Below, in pieces: positions 11,575 to 24,950 of a stretch of 64,000 nt of DNA (position 1 is its first letter; every line of letters begins with the position of its first letter). Source of the stretch: Podarcis filfolensis. Its lineage: Eukaryota. The stretch lies in NCBI GenBank assembly GCA_964270895.1, contig OZ185443.1. One strand, written 5' to 3'. The notes beneath the pieces were generated by a model. That model did no database searches, was not told the origin of the DNA, and saw only the letters and a program-made list of their open reading frames with translations. The position numbers and the translations under genes are program-made.

Positions 11575-13227
11575 TAGGATTTATATATCAAATGCACCCT
11601 AGCTGTAGCCAGAATGCTCCATAGCGAGTTTCCTGGAAACAGTGGTGCTTTTAGGGTTCCTGTGTCTCCTAAGAGCCCATAAGAAATAGTGGTCATGAAC
11701 TCCACCCACCCACCTACTCATGAACCATTAATATAGGAATGTGGAACCTGTCAGACTCCAAAACTCATCCAACCCAGTCAACCTGGCCAATGGTTAGGGG
11801 TGATGGGGCCACACCTTCTCCATCCTTACCCTAGTAAATTATTGGAGATGGTTATGCGTGTCTAAGAGTTCCAGCCTATGGAACCCTTACCCAGAGTGGA
11901 TCTTCTTGCCCACCCCCAATACAACAATCTGACTTTTCTTGGAAAACATAATTTCACTATGATTTAATGTTTATTCCCTCGCTTATGCCTGAAATTGGGA
12001 TTTAAACATTTGAATGAATAAATAAATGGTTGTTTATATCCTGCCCAAAGCAATATACACAGACGGAAGCCTACTGCATTAACCTTATGAACTTAAGTTT
12101 TGGCTGAACTGTACCTAGGTTCTAGGATCAGGCAGTAGTCTCCTTATCAGCAGGACAGCAGAACTGAGTCCCATTGTAGAGGAAGGATCCTGGGAGTTTT
12201 CAATGACACATTTGAACCAACTCGCAGCACATTTTGGAGGTGAAGTCACTTGACTTCAGAGGGACTTTAGCTCCATGGTTGTTGCAGCTCCAGTTGATGC
12301 ATCTAGTGTCACAGTCTGTGATGTGCTGTGTGATCCGTTTCAGTTTGTGTATCCTGAGAATGAGGACAAGGTACTTGTGCCTATACACCCGATGATGTGC
12401 CCCCCTGATTCACATCCTTTTGGGTTATTAAGTCTAGCAGAGGGGGCTTGACTGGTAAGATTCAGAGGCTTCATTTCATAAGGGGTTGGTCTCTCTCGCT
12501 CAGTTCACATATAACACTAAGCTATGCTTTACTAAAGAAGATTTATTTAAAACATGGTTTAACATTATGTGTGAAGCAGAACTATGGTCTGCAGTAGGGC
12601 CATAGCATAAGTCTGTCTGGAGCTACAAATGTTGAGATATGTATATATTTATACATTTGTAGCCTTGCATCATTAGCATTTATGAGGCTTTTTGAAGGTG
12701 GTTTGAAAGGATAGTGCTTAACTGAAATATGCGACTTATGAGACTTAAATTTTTGCTGTTCAGCTATCAGTTTAGACTTGTAACTTGGGAGCATCACTTA
12801 TTGTCGAACCTTGACAAGGCCTCAAAGGTTTTTGTTTGAACCTGTTAAAATATGACATAATGAATCAAATGCTTCCTTGAGCCTGGAATGCTGCAAATTT
12901 ATAATATTCGTTTCTTAACAGTATATTCAGAAAGAAGGAAAGTGCACAAGCCTTTCATATCATCTCTTCTTGTCCTTGACACAGTGAGGAAAATGTCTGA
13001 TAACCCATCAGAATCCTAATCATACAAAATGAATAATGCCAGTTTTCAAGGAAGAAAGGAAGCATAAAATGCCTAAGTCCCATAAGCATTCTTTATCAAT
13101 ATAGTTCAATGACCAGAAGCACTGCATGAAAATATTGGTTTGTTGGTAGAAAAAAGACACAGGCAATGGTCCCTGAATGTACTTAGTATCCTCTGAGCTG
13201 TCTAGAGGGGCAAGGTTCCCACAGAAA

Positions 13228-13355
13228 TACCTTCCCCAACATGGTGCTCTCTTCAGGAATTTTGGACTACAATTCCCATTATTGGTCCTGCTGGCCAGGG
13301 CTGAAGTGAGCTGCTGTTCATAATTGCCTAGAGGGCACTAGGTTGGAGAAGACTG
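13228..13355. mobile_element. Degraded hAT MITE
   Basis: CCTTCCCCAAC ... GGTTGGAGAAGACTG ends; GGACTACAATTCCC core shared with 2346-2481. Confidence 0.7.
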
Positions 13356-15267
13356 ATTCTTCCACATCTCACACAAAGCCAGATAGCGCCTTAGAGCACC
13401 ACCTTTGTACTTTTCCCTTAAAGAAAGTAGTGCAGGCTTTGGGGAGTTTAAAGAGGCTGTGGTAATTACCACTGGTTCTAACTTGCAGAGCCCTTTTGTT
13501 TTTCTGGGAGATTGCAAAAATTCCCCGAGGTCTCTAAATAGGGAGTAAACCAATGACAAGCCACCACCCTCCTCCCTTATGGAGGCTCCAAGATATGCAC
13601 AGGCAAGCCTCAAATTTGTACACACCTTGACTATCTCTATTAGTATTCCACTTTATCCATGGGCACAGAGATGCCCTTCCAGAGGTTAGCAAGGGCAAGA
13701 ACCACACATTTTATGGTGACCTGGCCCTTGTGAGTTGCCAGACCTTTCTTTAAATAGTGTCATGTTGTTTTGTACAAAAAAGGGAGTAAATTCTGAGAGA
13801 CAAAGTGGGTCTGAAAACTCTCCCTCGTTCCAACCTTTCTAACAGCTCTGAGCCTGTTGAGCTGTAGTACGAGGACGCAAAAACCTTATGCCCACTTTCA
13901 TTTTCTGCCTTTGCTGCTGAGGCATTAGTTTTCAGCACTTTCCGAACTTGTTCCTTCCTCATCTCCCAGGCCTCCCCCTTTCTTTCAATTCAATCTCAAA
14001 CTGCAACGATCATTAAAAACAATGAGTATGTCTGGCGCAAGTAAACGTGCCCAGACTGTCAACTATTCATTAAGTACCTGGCACTGGATCCATAATATGG
14101 GATTCTGACACAGGAATAAAAGCTTTAGTGCTCATTGAAAAGAACAAGCTTTTCATGCATAGGCGTTCAAAGATGCACCTTTGTCTGAGGGTGGTGGTGG
14201 GGGGAGTGTTTTGAAGTGGTATTGATAGTCTCATAATTTGTATTAGCTAATTCTTCCTATTTAGGAGCCCACCTATTTGAAACCACAGATTAATTAACTC
14301 AACTTTAAGCTAATATGGTAATGATTTGTAGTGAGTGGCAGAAATTCCCCTGTAATTATGCATGAATTGATGTGTGATTTCCTAATGAGCTTAACTGAAG
14401 AAATCATCCTTTTGTGATAAATGCTTTATTTCTTAAAATGCTAGTAACACGTTTCTAATAAATTTAATCAAGATGCTCTCACTTGTGTAACATTTGCAGT
14501 TATTAGCATGCAAGCTTCTATATTGCCTTTTTGCCTTAGCTGATTGCAGGATACAAAAAGTGTAGTATTTCTAGACAAGGCCATAATAACTCTTTATGTT
14601 ATTTTCCCTCCAAACCATGAATTATTTCATTTTGCACTTCATTCAGTTCTGGGAAGATTTCATGCCTCATCACAAGCTGGTGCTACTGCTGTTTATATAT
14701 TAAATTATGCACTGTTGAGCCAGGTTTTTCATTACCTTTCAGCATGTAACCTTGTCCACTTTGAACATCAAGTGTGTTGGACCATATCTTGTGTCACCTT
14801 TAAATAATGCTTCCATCCCTCTCATGAATGATTTCTTCAACTGCCCCAACACTCCTGACAACAAGCCCCAAACTGAAGAAGCCCCCACCCTTCCTAAACG
14901 TAAACCTCATTAGCAGAAACATCGATTGTACCAACATTCTGAACAATGTGGAAAGGACAGTGGATTGCAGTTTCTGACCAGAGTATGAGAATAAAAGTAT
15001 GAGAAGTGGATTTGAATAACTCCATAAAACAATGCCATATAGGCATTTTTACATATTGCACAGCAAGTCTGGTAATAATTTTAAAGCAGATACAGCAGTT
15101 CTTAAATAATGTGGCAGCGAGAGATAGGAAGGTGTCCTTTCTGGAATGCACAAGCCCACCCTGATTCCTTCCAGTTTTAGCCAGATCATACCCTCCCCAA
15201 CACTTTATCCTGTTACCCGGGAGACTCATAAAACTTAAGGACACACACACACACCCCGAGTCCTCCT

Positions 15268-15517
15268 GAGAGCCAGTGTGGTGTAGTGGTTAAGAGCGGT
15301 AGACTCGTAATCTGTTGAACCGGGTTCGCATCTCTGCTCCTCCACATGCAGCTGCTGGGTGACCTTGGGCTAGTCACACTTCTTTGAAGTCTCTCAGCCT
15401 CACTCGCCTCACAGAGTGTTTGTTGTGGGGGAGGAAGGGAAAGGAGAATGTTACCCACTTTGAGACTCCTTCAGGTACTGATAAAGCAGGATATCAAATC
15501 CAAACTCTTCTTCTTCT
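15268..15517 (+). mobile_element. Squam3 (Ther1/MIR-derived) SINE, full length
   Basis: GAGAGCCAGTGTGGTGTAGTGGTTAAGAG head, CORE-like GGGTGACCTTGGGCTAGTCAC, and (CTT)n tail. Confidence 0.88.
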
Positions 15518-15544
15518 GTAATTTTACTTGCCTGAGACAGTAGA

Positions 15545-15716
15545 CCTGTTCACAAATTACACTGAACTAAGGTAAAAAACGGACTCTACACATGTATGTT
15601 TGTGTGAAAGAGTACACACTACTTTGTACACAGATATACAGTCTGTACACTCATTAAATGTTACATGTGAATAACTGTACAAGTGTATGCTTGTTCAGTG
15701 CAATGTGTGAACACCC
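15545..15716. mobile_element. Palindromic MITE (Harbinger-like)
   Basis: GTTCACAAATTACACTGAAC (15548-15567) is an 18/20 inverted repeat of 15693-15712. Confidence 0.7.
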
Positions 15717-15736
15717 TTAGTAAGTCCACCAATAGG

Positions 15737-15875
15737 ACATAGGAACATAACAGGAGCTCTGCTAGATCAGGCCAATGGCCCTTCTAGTCCAGAATCCTGT
15801 TCTCACAGTGAGTGACTAACCAGATGCCTGTGAGCAACCTGCAAGCAGGACCTGAGCAGAAGAACACTCTCCCCT
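15737..15875 (-). mobile_element. CR1-type LINE 3' end
   Basis: ACATAGGAACATAA...GATCAGGCCAATGGCCC...CTAGTCCAG...CCTGTTCTCACAGTG. Confidence 0.78.
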
Positions 15876-17446
15876 CCTATAAGGTGAAAAAGGATCAGGG
15901 GAAGAATGCTGGAATATGAAGTTGAAGAGAAAATACAAGCCAAAGAGAATCAAAAGCAGAGAAAGAAAGGTATATGACAGTGTCAAATCACACACACACA
16001 GGATAAATTCTGCATGCTTAAACATCGCTCTCTGGAACCGTGAATTATTTTCATTTTCTGAAACTCAGTCTTGCTGTCTAAAAATCTCCTGGGAATTTTT
16101 ATAAATAGTCCATCTTGTAGTAAGACTAATTTAGACACAGCAGACAGAATAAATGGGGAAGCAACCTCTCAACATTCAGTTGCAACATGGATGTCTTGCC
16201 TCTCTTTCAGGCAATCTTTTTGGAATGAATGTCTTCAAACAACACTCAGCTGCAATGAGGAAATCAGCACTAGCCAACTCCAAGCAAACTGGAGTGCGGT
16301 GGGTGGAGGGACACTAAATACTCCTAAACCTCACACAAAAGGCAACTATAATGACTGAGACTGGTTTTTAGCAATCTAGCAGGTAGCCAACTAAGCAGAT
16401 GCTGATTTCATCCACAGACTGTGCTGATGTATGTTTCAGTGGTTGGGGATCATTGCATTTCTTCTTGTCTTTGTGCCAAGCGGACTGCACACTAATTGTC
16501 CTTTTAAGCTGCAGTATGAGGAGGAACGGGTACACCAGCTGTTTCCAATCTTTCTTCTCCCTTGCCTCCTTTTTAGACTAAAAAATATCCTCCCAATGTG
16601 GTTTACAGACAATGTATCAAACCACAAAATTCTATATATCAGATTTTCTGTAGAAAGCCCGGCTAGCAAAATGATGAAGGCTATTTCAACTCTCACTCCC
16701 AGGAGAGCAACAAAGACAAGCCAGCAGAGGTGATGGTAAACAACCTGCAAAGCATAAAACTTATCACTTGTAAACTTGCCTTAATTGATGGGAACTCTGG
16801 CCACACAATAGGAACATGCTAACCAGGAACTATAGTTTTATGCAACCTACCGGTTACCGAATACTTGCAGTTTGTCATATGATGAACAGGTTCATATGAT
16901 TTGCCTTGTGAATCCAGTGAAACAGAGCACAGATGGAGGCAAGTTATGTTTCTTAATGCTAATTGAGTGTGAATACAAATAATCTCTCTCTCTCTCTCTC
17001 TTTCAGACACAGTGACTTTCTCAGTATGTCTTTGTTTCCGATACCAGAATAATATTTTAAAGGTTTGCAAAATAATTATTCCAAGCACTGTTGTAATCAG
17101 GAACATTGGTTCTTAAGGGCTCGGGGTACAGGCACATGACATAAATTTGCACATGCTACTTTATACATAAAGATGCATCTGAAAAAGATAGTGCTTGCAG
17201 AGCCTAACCAGTGCTGTGCATTGCAAGTATGCTCAGCCACTCTATAAGCAAATTTAAAACTTTTCAATATTTTAAAGAAAGAAATGGCCAAGAGATCCAG
17301 GCCTCAAGCACCCCAGGTCACTTTCTAGCAATGCTCCTTGCTGTAACCCATATCAAACACTAATTGTTATACTTTTTACTACTTTTGTGGCATTTAAGGA
17401 AGTTGGGAAACTATAGCAGCAACTGTTTTCATTTAGGAAACAGGGT

Positions 17447-17626
17447 CATAGGAAGCTGCCTTATATCTTACCAATTTGTCCACCTGGCTCTGTATTTGTT
17501 GGCACTGATTGGCAGCCACTCTGCAGGTTTCTAGACAAGTTTCTTTCCCCATGCTACCTGTAGATGCTGTGGGCTGAACAGAGGACTTTTTAAATGCAAA
17601 GCATGTGCTCTGCACTGAGATATAGC
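17447..17626 (-). mobile_element. Squam2-like SINE
   Basis: CATAGGAAGCTGCCTTATA tail through GCAAAGCATGTGCTCTGCACTGAG head, reversed. Confidence 0.75.
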
Positions 17627-17837
17627 ACTGTCAATATAGGCAGCCAGAAAAAGCTTGTGCCTAAAGCAGGTGCAATTGCTTTCCAAATGAAGAGAGGTTG
17701 CAATTGAGACTTTTAGAGTGTCCCATTTTAACATCTCACCCAGGATACCAAATGTGTAACAGCTCAGCCCGGTTCACCGGACTCACACTACTGGACCACA
17801 TAAGATCCCACTCTAACACAAGGCCATGACCTAGAGC

Positions 17838-17975
17838 ACGTATGGGGAACTGGTCACCCACCAGACAATGCTGGACTACAAGTCCTATTATCCCTGATCA
17901 TTGGCCATGCTGGCTGGGGCTGGTGGAAGTTGGAGTCTAGCAAACATCTTAAAGGCCACAGGTTCCTCATCACTA
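17838..17975. mobile_element. Degraded hAT MITE
   Basis: GGGGAAC ... GGACTACAA ... GGTTCCTCATCAC. Confidence 0.65.
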
Positions 17976-18462
17976 ATCTAGAGAACACCAGGGACTCTCA
18001 TGTGCGTTGTTGGGCTTCTAACCTCCACCTTCCTCCATGATGCAACACAAACACAGTGCAAACACTATTTGGATTTCAAAAGCTGCTTTGTTAAGTGGCA
18101 AGTGATGCCATTGTATGGTTGGAAATTATTGCCCTGCAAGTACAAATCATCACCATCTGGAATGTTTAGAGAATACAATTGCTGCCCTTACAGATGAATC
18201 AGGGTTCAGAGCGTTGCTAGAAGTCAGTATATAAGGTTAGTCCCAGATAAGAATGTTTTTCTTCCATCAACATGTGAGATTCATTTTGTGGTTTCTAGCT
18301 AGCTTGAAAAACATTTTGTTTATTTCTATAAATAGAGGCCATATTGTTGTTATTGTTGTTGTTTTTTTAAAAAAACCCTCAAAGTTTTGGAGCTACAGAA
18401 TTGTTGAACAAATGAGTGTTTCTCTATTAAAATTGTACTAAGAACATTTCTGGGTCTTCCAG

Positions 18463-18534
18463 AGAAGTGTTTATAACTACATGAAAGAACTGGGCAGCGC
18501 AAACTACAGCTTGCTTCTGGCAAAAATCTCAACG
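18463..18534 (+). other. Candidate 72-nt phase-0 coding exon, gene unidentified
   Basis: GGTCTTCCAG| acceptor and ACG|GTAAGT donor; only frame 0 is open (RSVYNYMKELGSANYSLLLAKIST). Confidence 0.3.
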
Positions 18535-18699
18535 GTAAGTACCTTCAACAATAAACATTTCCTATTAAAAAACTCTCCATCTTGACATTTTGTAATTACA
18601 GTTTCTTAGCAACAGGACTTTATTCCAGAAGAACTCTTGCTGTGTAAAGAGGCTGTATTGAGAATACTTTACTAATCCTTAAGTCCCTGTATATATTTG

Positions 18700-18905
18700 A
18701 AGACTTAACTCTGCATGGGGCTGCCCTTGGTGACTGTTCAAAAGCTTCAGGTGGTGCAAAATGTGGCGCCCCCCACCTGACAAAGGTGTGTCCTGGAGAA
18801 CACATTAAACCAGTGCTCCAGCCTATGTAGTGGCTCCCTATTATCTTCTGGCTAAATCCAAGGGCCTGGTTTTGACATATAAAAGCCTATAACAGCTTGG
18901 GTCCA
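18700..18905 (+). mobile_element. L2-clade LINE fragment
   Basis: Degraded GLPLVTVQKLQVVQN...EHIKPVLQ...WLP...KGLVLTYKA. Confidence 0.8.
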
Positions 18906-19606
18906 CTATGGCAAGAGAGAGTGCTTTGTTTTTCTGAGTTCCATTATGATTGTCAAGATCAGCAAAGAGCACCACTTGATGATGCCATATGTACACTAAG
19001 TATATACCATGAGGTAACCAAAGCAAATGCCTTGGTTCAGAATTATTTAATTCTATGTATGTCTTTTGCACAAGGACCTAGCTGGCAAAAGAAATGGGGT
19101 TCTAGTAAAAAAAAAGAAAAGGCCTGAAGTCACATATGGAGAAGCTTGGATTATGGAAACTATGGAGAAAGGGCAGCTGACACACGCAGCTAGGTCTCAA
19201 AAACGAATATGGGAAGAGCAGACTGCTAACATCTCACTTCTCAGAAACCTTACAGGTGCCCTGTACATTGCTATACAGGGATTGTCTCCGTCTGTATCTG
19301 ACTGCTGTAGACGCATAGCTGACATACCACTCTGGAACTGTGGGGGGTTCTAGGGAAAGTTGCGACATCCTCCATTAGGTTTGCTGTGGTTTCTAATCAA
19401 CTTTTCTGCTGGGCATGCACAGGATCCTGACTAAGTTATTCAATGAATGTTTTCTCATGGCTTGCATCCAATGCAGTGCTAAGTAACCATCCGGTCAGTG
19501 CAAGGACTTCTGCCTGAACAACAGGACTTCCTCACCTTTCTTCCCCCTGCATCCCACCAATCCATTCTGAGATTCCAGCCAAGTCTCTGCAGCAGATTTG
19601 GGGAGA

Positions 19607-19609
<3 letters not shown>

Positions 19610-19651
<42 letters not shown>
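19610..19651. repeat. (GT)n microsatellite
   Basis: Direct reading. Confidence 0.98.
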
Positions 19652-19652
<1 letters not shown>

Positions 19653-19759
19653 GGGAGAAGTATAAGAAAAATTCTTGCACAGACAGGACAGTTATTGAAT
19701 GCTACATTGGATACAAGCCTGTGTCTCCTTTTCCTGTTTAGGGAAGCTTTTAATGTTTG

Positions 19760-19848
19760 ATGTATTAGAGTATTTTAATATATATTTTTTGGAAGCTGCC
19801 CAGAGTGGCTGGGGAAGCCCAACCAGATGGGTGGGGTACAAATAATAA

Positions 19849-19893
<45 letters not shown>
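19760..19893 (+). mobile_element. L2-type 3' end with expanded (TTA)n tail
   Basis: GGAAGCTGCCCAGAGTGGCTGGGGAAGCCC...AAATAATAAA followed by about 14 TTA units. Confidence 0.75.
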
Positions 19894-19900
19894 TCCAGTA

Positions 19901-20113
19901 CAGTGGTATCTCGGGTTACAGACGCTTCAGGTTACAGAATCCTCTAACCCAGAAATAGTACCTCAGGTTAAGAACTTGGCTTCAGGATAAGAACAGAAAT
20001 CATGCAGCGGTGGGGCGGCGGCAGCAGGAGGCCCCATTAGCTAAAGTGGTGCTTCAGGTTAAGAACAGTTTCAGGTTAAGAACGGATTAAGTTCTTAACC
20101 CGAGGTACCACTG
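19901..20113 (+). mobile_element. Tigger/pogo-like MITE, copy 2 (internal deletion)
   Basis: Same TIRs and TA TSD. Confidence 0.9.
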
Positions 20114-20183
20114 TATACTGTTGTGGCTCACTTAAGAGTGCAAGTTCTAGTCCCCCAACCCTACACACAGCGTGGTAGTCAAC

Positions 20184-20274
20184 TAAGTTTTACTCAGAGT
20201 AGACCTATTGAAATTAATGGGCCTAACTTAGTAATGTTCATTACTTTCAATGAGCCTGCTCTAAGTAAAACTTA
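20184..20274. repeat. Hairpin-type MITE remnant
   Basis: TAAGTTTTACTCAGAGTAGACCTATTGAAATTAATG is an imperfect inverted repeat of CATTACTTTCAATGAGCCTGCTCTAAGTAAAACTTA. Confidence 0.7.
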
Positions 20275-22764
20275 CATGAATACCACCCATACGTACCCCA
20301 TTTTCCAGTATCATTGTCAACAGTATTCCATATGATATATTCAGCCGGGGCCATTCCTTCCTGAATTTTGAATCAGTTCACAAATAAATTCCATGAAAGG
20401 CTTTAGGGTTTAGACTCATTGCTAATTTTGAAAGGTTTCTTTCCCCCTTTTTTGTTTTGCAAAGCACAGAAAACAGTCTTAGTTCCATTATCAGGTCTTG
20501 GGCTCATAATACACTGATAGTAATAATAATTAATAATTTAGCAAAAGCATCTTATGTTTTATGGATTTGGTACCAGCATTACAGCTGCCTCTGGGGTTAT
20601 GAAAGTAATAAATAAAGCACATGTAAATTTCATTGCAAGTATTACCCAAATGCATACACCAAAGAGAAAAGCCTCACCCAAATATACTGTTGATATGAAG
20701 GTAAAACTAATGCATTTATTTAAAAAAGCTGTTTTGCATTTTCTTCCAGAAACATAATGATACATTTGGTATGTGTACTTCATGTCCTGACAAGATTCTT
20801 CATGTAAATTATTGCCAATGCCCTACCCAATAATATTCTCCAAGTTTGAGAATCCTGTTCTAAGCAGTTTCTTCTATGGCCCTCATTAATTAATGTATTA
20901 TCCAGTCACCTTCCAGCAGTGCATTAAACCATGTGAATAACATCTGTCATGCATTGTTCTTCTTTCTCATTCAGTGTTGTGGGGAAAGCAGAGTGCCTGC
21001 TAAAGGTTTTTAGTTAGTGGACAATTTCTCTTGCTATGCTAAATGTACCTGGGGGCAGTTGAGTTATTGCTAGGTCTCTTCTAGCATCCTAAACAGACTG
21101 GTCACAATACAGCCAATGGACAGTTCTGGAGCAAGCTATAGCTCCCTTCAGTTGTTCTCTCATCATATGAATATAGTCACCTGAGAGGAGGGCTGTGCAT
21201 GCTCCTCCTGCCCCTTCTGTCACATCTTTACTCTCCATTCCACCATCTATGTATTACAGTACTCAGAAAAGTCTGGAGTAAGGGAGCCTGCTATAAACAC
21301 ATAGGTTCTCCACGCATACCAAGTTACATAAGGAGTCTACATGTGTGCAGCAAGTGCTCCATTTCAAGCCTTCTGCTCCAATGACTGGACAGCAAGGCTG
21401 GCAAAAGTTGTGGTATTTATTCATGACAGTATGGATGCTGTAATCTTTGTTGTGATATATCTTATATGGCCCGTCTGCTGTGGTGCCTCCAGATGGATGT
21501 ATTTCTCAATGCCCTGCATGTGACAACTATAAAAGGACACCACTCTTTGATGTTACCTTAGCTTTTAGGGGGAGCTAGTGCAATGCTGGATAGAAGGATC
21601 CATGAAGCCTCAAGTTTATGTTCTTTCCCCAATGGTACCCGTTGCGTTGCAGCAGCTCCCATACCACTAAGATAATGTTACAAGAAACTCTAGCGATGCA
21701 TGTGCATTCAGAAGATTGCAACCTCAATTATGCATTATGACTGAAAGCAAAATAATGAATTTTGAGATCTACCCTACCAAAAAGTTCAAACCAGCCATAA
21801 AATGAGAGCAGTAAGAAAGTCCAGCAATGCACCTTGTGCCAGGTTTTGCTGATGGTGCTAAAATAAAAAATAATGATACAGTTCAAATTAATTCAGTAAT
21901 CTGTCATCCTGAGTTATCTCTGTCTGCAAGGTGCTGCTGTCCCTAACACCTAATGAGGGACAATTACTATCTGTAGTGAGTTAGCCGTTATTAGTGGCTG
22001 AACAGAGCTGGGCTGAAAAAAATCTGGAAGTGGCTAATTCACTAAAGAAAGAAAGTGTCAGACTAGATGAGATGGTGGATGCCTATGGTTGAATCTCTTG
22101 TTTTTAAATTTTGTGACAGGTCTGTGGATCCTAATGAGATGGTGGTGCTGAGAGGGTTGAACGAACCAGTCCCTCACCATGTTGAGTTTTTTGTGCTCTT
22201 CAGGAAAGCATACATGCACAATTTACTGTGAACATGAAAGTTTTCTCTACTGGGACACAGAGGAGTGTTTGTGTGGTGTGGTGTGGGTGGGTGTTCAGTG
22301 AGTAAACAGTATGGGGGGAAATATTAGCCTCATCTCCCTCACCCACTACTGTGGTTCAAATCCAATCCCACCTGCTCCATGACTACTGCCATTATATTGC
22401 CATTATATATTTGCCATTATATTAGTCAAGTCTTAATTGCCCACTTTCTTTCACACCAGAAGTGTGAAAACTGTTTCAATCCAAGGACTGCAAAACTATG
22501 TTTACAATAATAGGGTAAGAAAGATAAAAGGGGTGAGGTGAGGAAGGATAATGTACACAAACCTGAGTTCCTGAGTGATACAAAGCATGATACAAATAAA
22601 TAATAATATTCAGAAGCAGGCTCCTTGCTTTAACTACATTTCATAGTCCTGATATTAATAACAACATGAAAATAAAATAAAAAGTTTCAAAACGCTGATG
22701 AATAACCACAAACAAAAAACACCACAACTATGTGCCTTTTCAAAACTTTGCTGTCTAAACTACC

Positions 22765-22875
22765 GACTCTCAGCTTGGCCTACCTCACGGGGTTGTCATG
22801 GCAACAAAAGGGGAAAGGAGAAGGCAACTTATGCAGCCTTGATCATGGTGGGGAGTGGAGTCAGGATATAAATAC
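22765..22875 (+). mobile_element. MIR/Ther1-like SINE, 3' half
   Basis: CTCTCAGCTTGGCCTACCTCACGGGGTTGT...GCAGCCTTG...GGATATAAAT. Confidence 0.6.
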
Positions 22876-23554
22876 ACAACAACACACAACCAATATGCAC
22901 ACAACTCTTAGCAAAACCCATACACATAACATTTTGCCAACCTTGATAAACAAAAAAACCCCATTCTGTTAAAAATAAGTTAGAGGAATTCTAACTTGCT
23001 GCAGCTGTAAGGTGTTTGCCGATTCATTTTGTATTTTACATTTGTGTTTATGGTTACTGTAGCTTAATAAATAAGAAGCATCCCAGTAGTGGTTGGGTGG
23101 GGAAGATTGTAATAGAGCATTTTTTTTCCCCGGTAGAAAAGAAGTCTTATTATTTCAAGCAAATTGCTTCTGAGTAAAACATAGGGGAACCAGCCAACTG
23201 TTGTTTTTTTTATTATTCTGTAAAGGCAGCATACCTGGGGAGTGAATGGAATGATGTAGACAGGGAGCAAAGTGCTTAAATAAACAGACCTCGGTATCCT
23301 CCTCCACTCAGTGCCAGGCCTGCAGCAACAAGCCTCTCCTGCTTTTTCTGCTGCTCTTGGAGGACCTCTTCCTGACTCCCAGGTAGGAGTGATCAGCATT
23401 TCTTCCTCTGCTTGCTTAGCAACAGTGACTAAGTCCTTAGCAATGCTGCCGCCTGCTGAGAGCTGAAGCCTCAGGGCTGCCTCTGTGTTTTGCTTTCTAA
23501 CTCTCTTCAGAAATATCCTATTGACTTGCTTTTTTATAATGAAAGCTAAGTGTC

Positions 23555-23730
23555 TGGGGCCCTGCTGGTTTAGGGCCTGGTACCTGCTGTCAGCAGCCCT
23601 AAAGGCTAATGAGGTCTTGGAGAGAGGGCATGGCATGGGGATTTATTTATTTTTTTTAGACTGTAAGCATGCAGATACGAATTGTCCTGTTTTTGTTGTA
23701 TGTAAGTCACTCTGGGAACCCTTTTGGGTG
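23555..23730 (+). mobile_element. Degraded L2-type 3' end
   Basis: AGGGCCTGGTACCTGCTG... followed by AT-rich spacer and TGTAAGTCACTCTGGG tail motif. Confidence 0.5.
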
Positions 23731-24503
23731 GACTACTACTACTAGTTCTGGAGGCGAGATAAAGAACCCATATATGGCCCCGAAGACTTGAAGTTCCCCA
23801 CCTCTCATACGCACAATTCAGCCTGTACTGCCAATGCATCACAATTTGGGAGAGTATTTTTTCTAAACCCTTTTCCTGGACTGTAGGGAGACACAATTGT
23901 TGGATTGTTGGGCCTTATAGATTCACTTATGTAGTACCACCTTTTCTGCATCCGACTATAGCCATATAAGTTTTGTTGACTATGCTTCCCCCCACTACAC
24001 AATACATTTGTTAGTCTTGAAGGGTTCTCGGTTGCTTTTGTAGTCCAGAATGAAGACAAATTTTCATTTAGTCACAGTGTGATGTATTCATCTAGCAGTC
24101 AAGTTTAATGTCAGAATTCAGAAGTTCCAGGCGGATTAAGGGCCCTTTAGATGGAGCAATATCAATACTTTTTTCTTCTTCTTTTTTTTCAGAAGAGACA
24201 ATAATCCACAGTTACGGGGTATTACAATGGCACAAAGAATCATAAAAGTAATTGAGATTTTCCAAACAGCGTTATGCCAGTTAAGATAAGCAAGGGAAGC
24301 TTAGGAGGAGATCAGCTGCACATAACAACAAACTGGAGCGGGGGGGGGGGGAGAGATTTAATTCTGCTATTCACCTTTACAATATGACAGTATTACGCAC
24401 TAGGGCCCTCACAGCTACACATTAGATTAAACTGCAACAATGGAAGTAATGGCCTGCATTGAAGCATGTAGCTAAACAGAGATCCAAATTCTGGCTGGGA
24501 CTA

Positions 24504-24640
24504 NNNNNNNNNNNNNNNNNNNNNNNNNNNNNNNNNNNNNNNNNNNNNNNNNNNNNNNNNNNNNNNNNNNNNNNNNNNNNNNNNNNNNNNNNNNNNNNNN
24601 NNNNNNNNNNNNNNNNNNNNNNNNNNNNNNNNNNNNNNNN
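24504..24640. other. Assembly gap (137 N)
   Basis: Run of N. Confidence 1.
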
Positions 24641-24867
24641 ATATACCGCCCTATATCTGGAGGTTACAGGGTGGTTCACATAAAAAGATTACAGTATATA
24701 AAATTTAAATAAAAGCAATAACCCCATAATACCACTCACCTCCCCCCCCAAAAGAGCCACATTTTAAAAGGGTATGTTGATCAAGTCAACCAAAGGCCTG
24801 GTTAAAAAGGAACGTTTTTGCCTGGTGCCTAAAGGTGTATAATGAAGGCGCCAGGCGAACATCCCTT
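24641..24867 (-). mobile_element. L2-type 3' end abutting the assembly gap
   Basis: ATATACCGCCCTAT...CAAAGGCCTGG...TTGCCTGGTGCCTAAAGG...GGCGCCAGGCGAAC. Confidence 0.7.
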
Positions 24868-24950
24868 GTGGTACAGAAATACTTTGCATGCAGAAGGTCC
24901 CAGGTTCAAACTTGGGCGTTTCAGTGAAAAGCATCAGATAGCAGGTGGTG
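24868..24950 (+). mobile_element. Squam2-like SINE head fragment
   Basis: CTTTGCATGCAGAAGGTCCCAGGTTCAA. Confidence 0.7.

Noticed and set aside
22690-22720. Other CTGATGA motifs (also about 27167 and 46181) as hammerheads
   Set aside because: No stem II hairpin followed by GAAA and a stem III palindrome.
23064-23636. 190-aa minus-strand ORF
   Set aside because: No recognisable domain or splice structure, and it partly overlaps a degraded L2 3' end.
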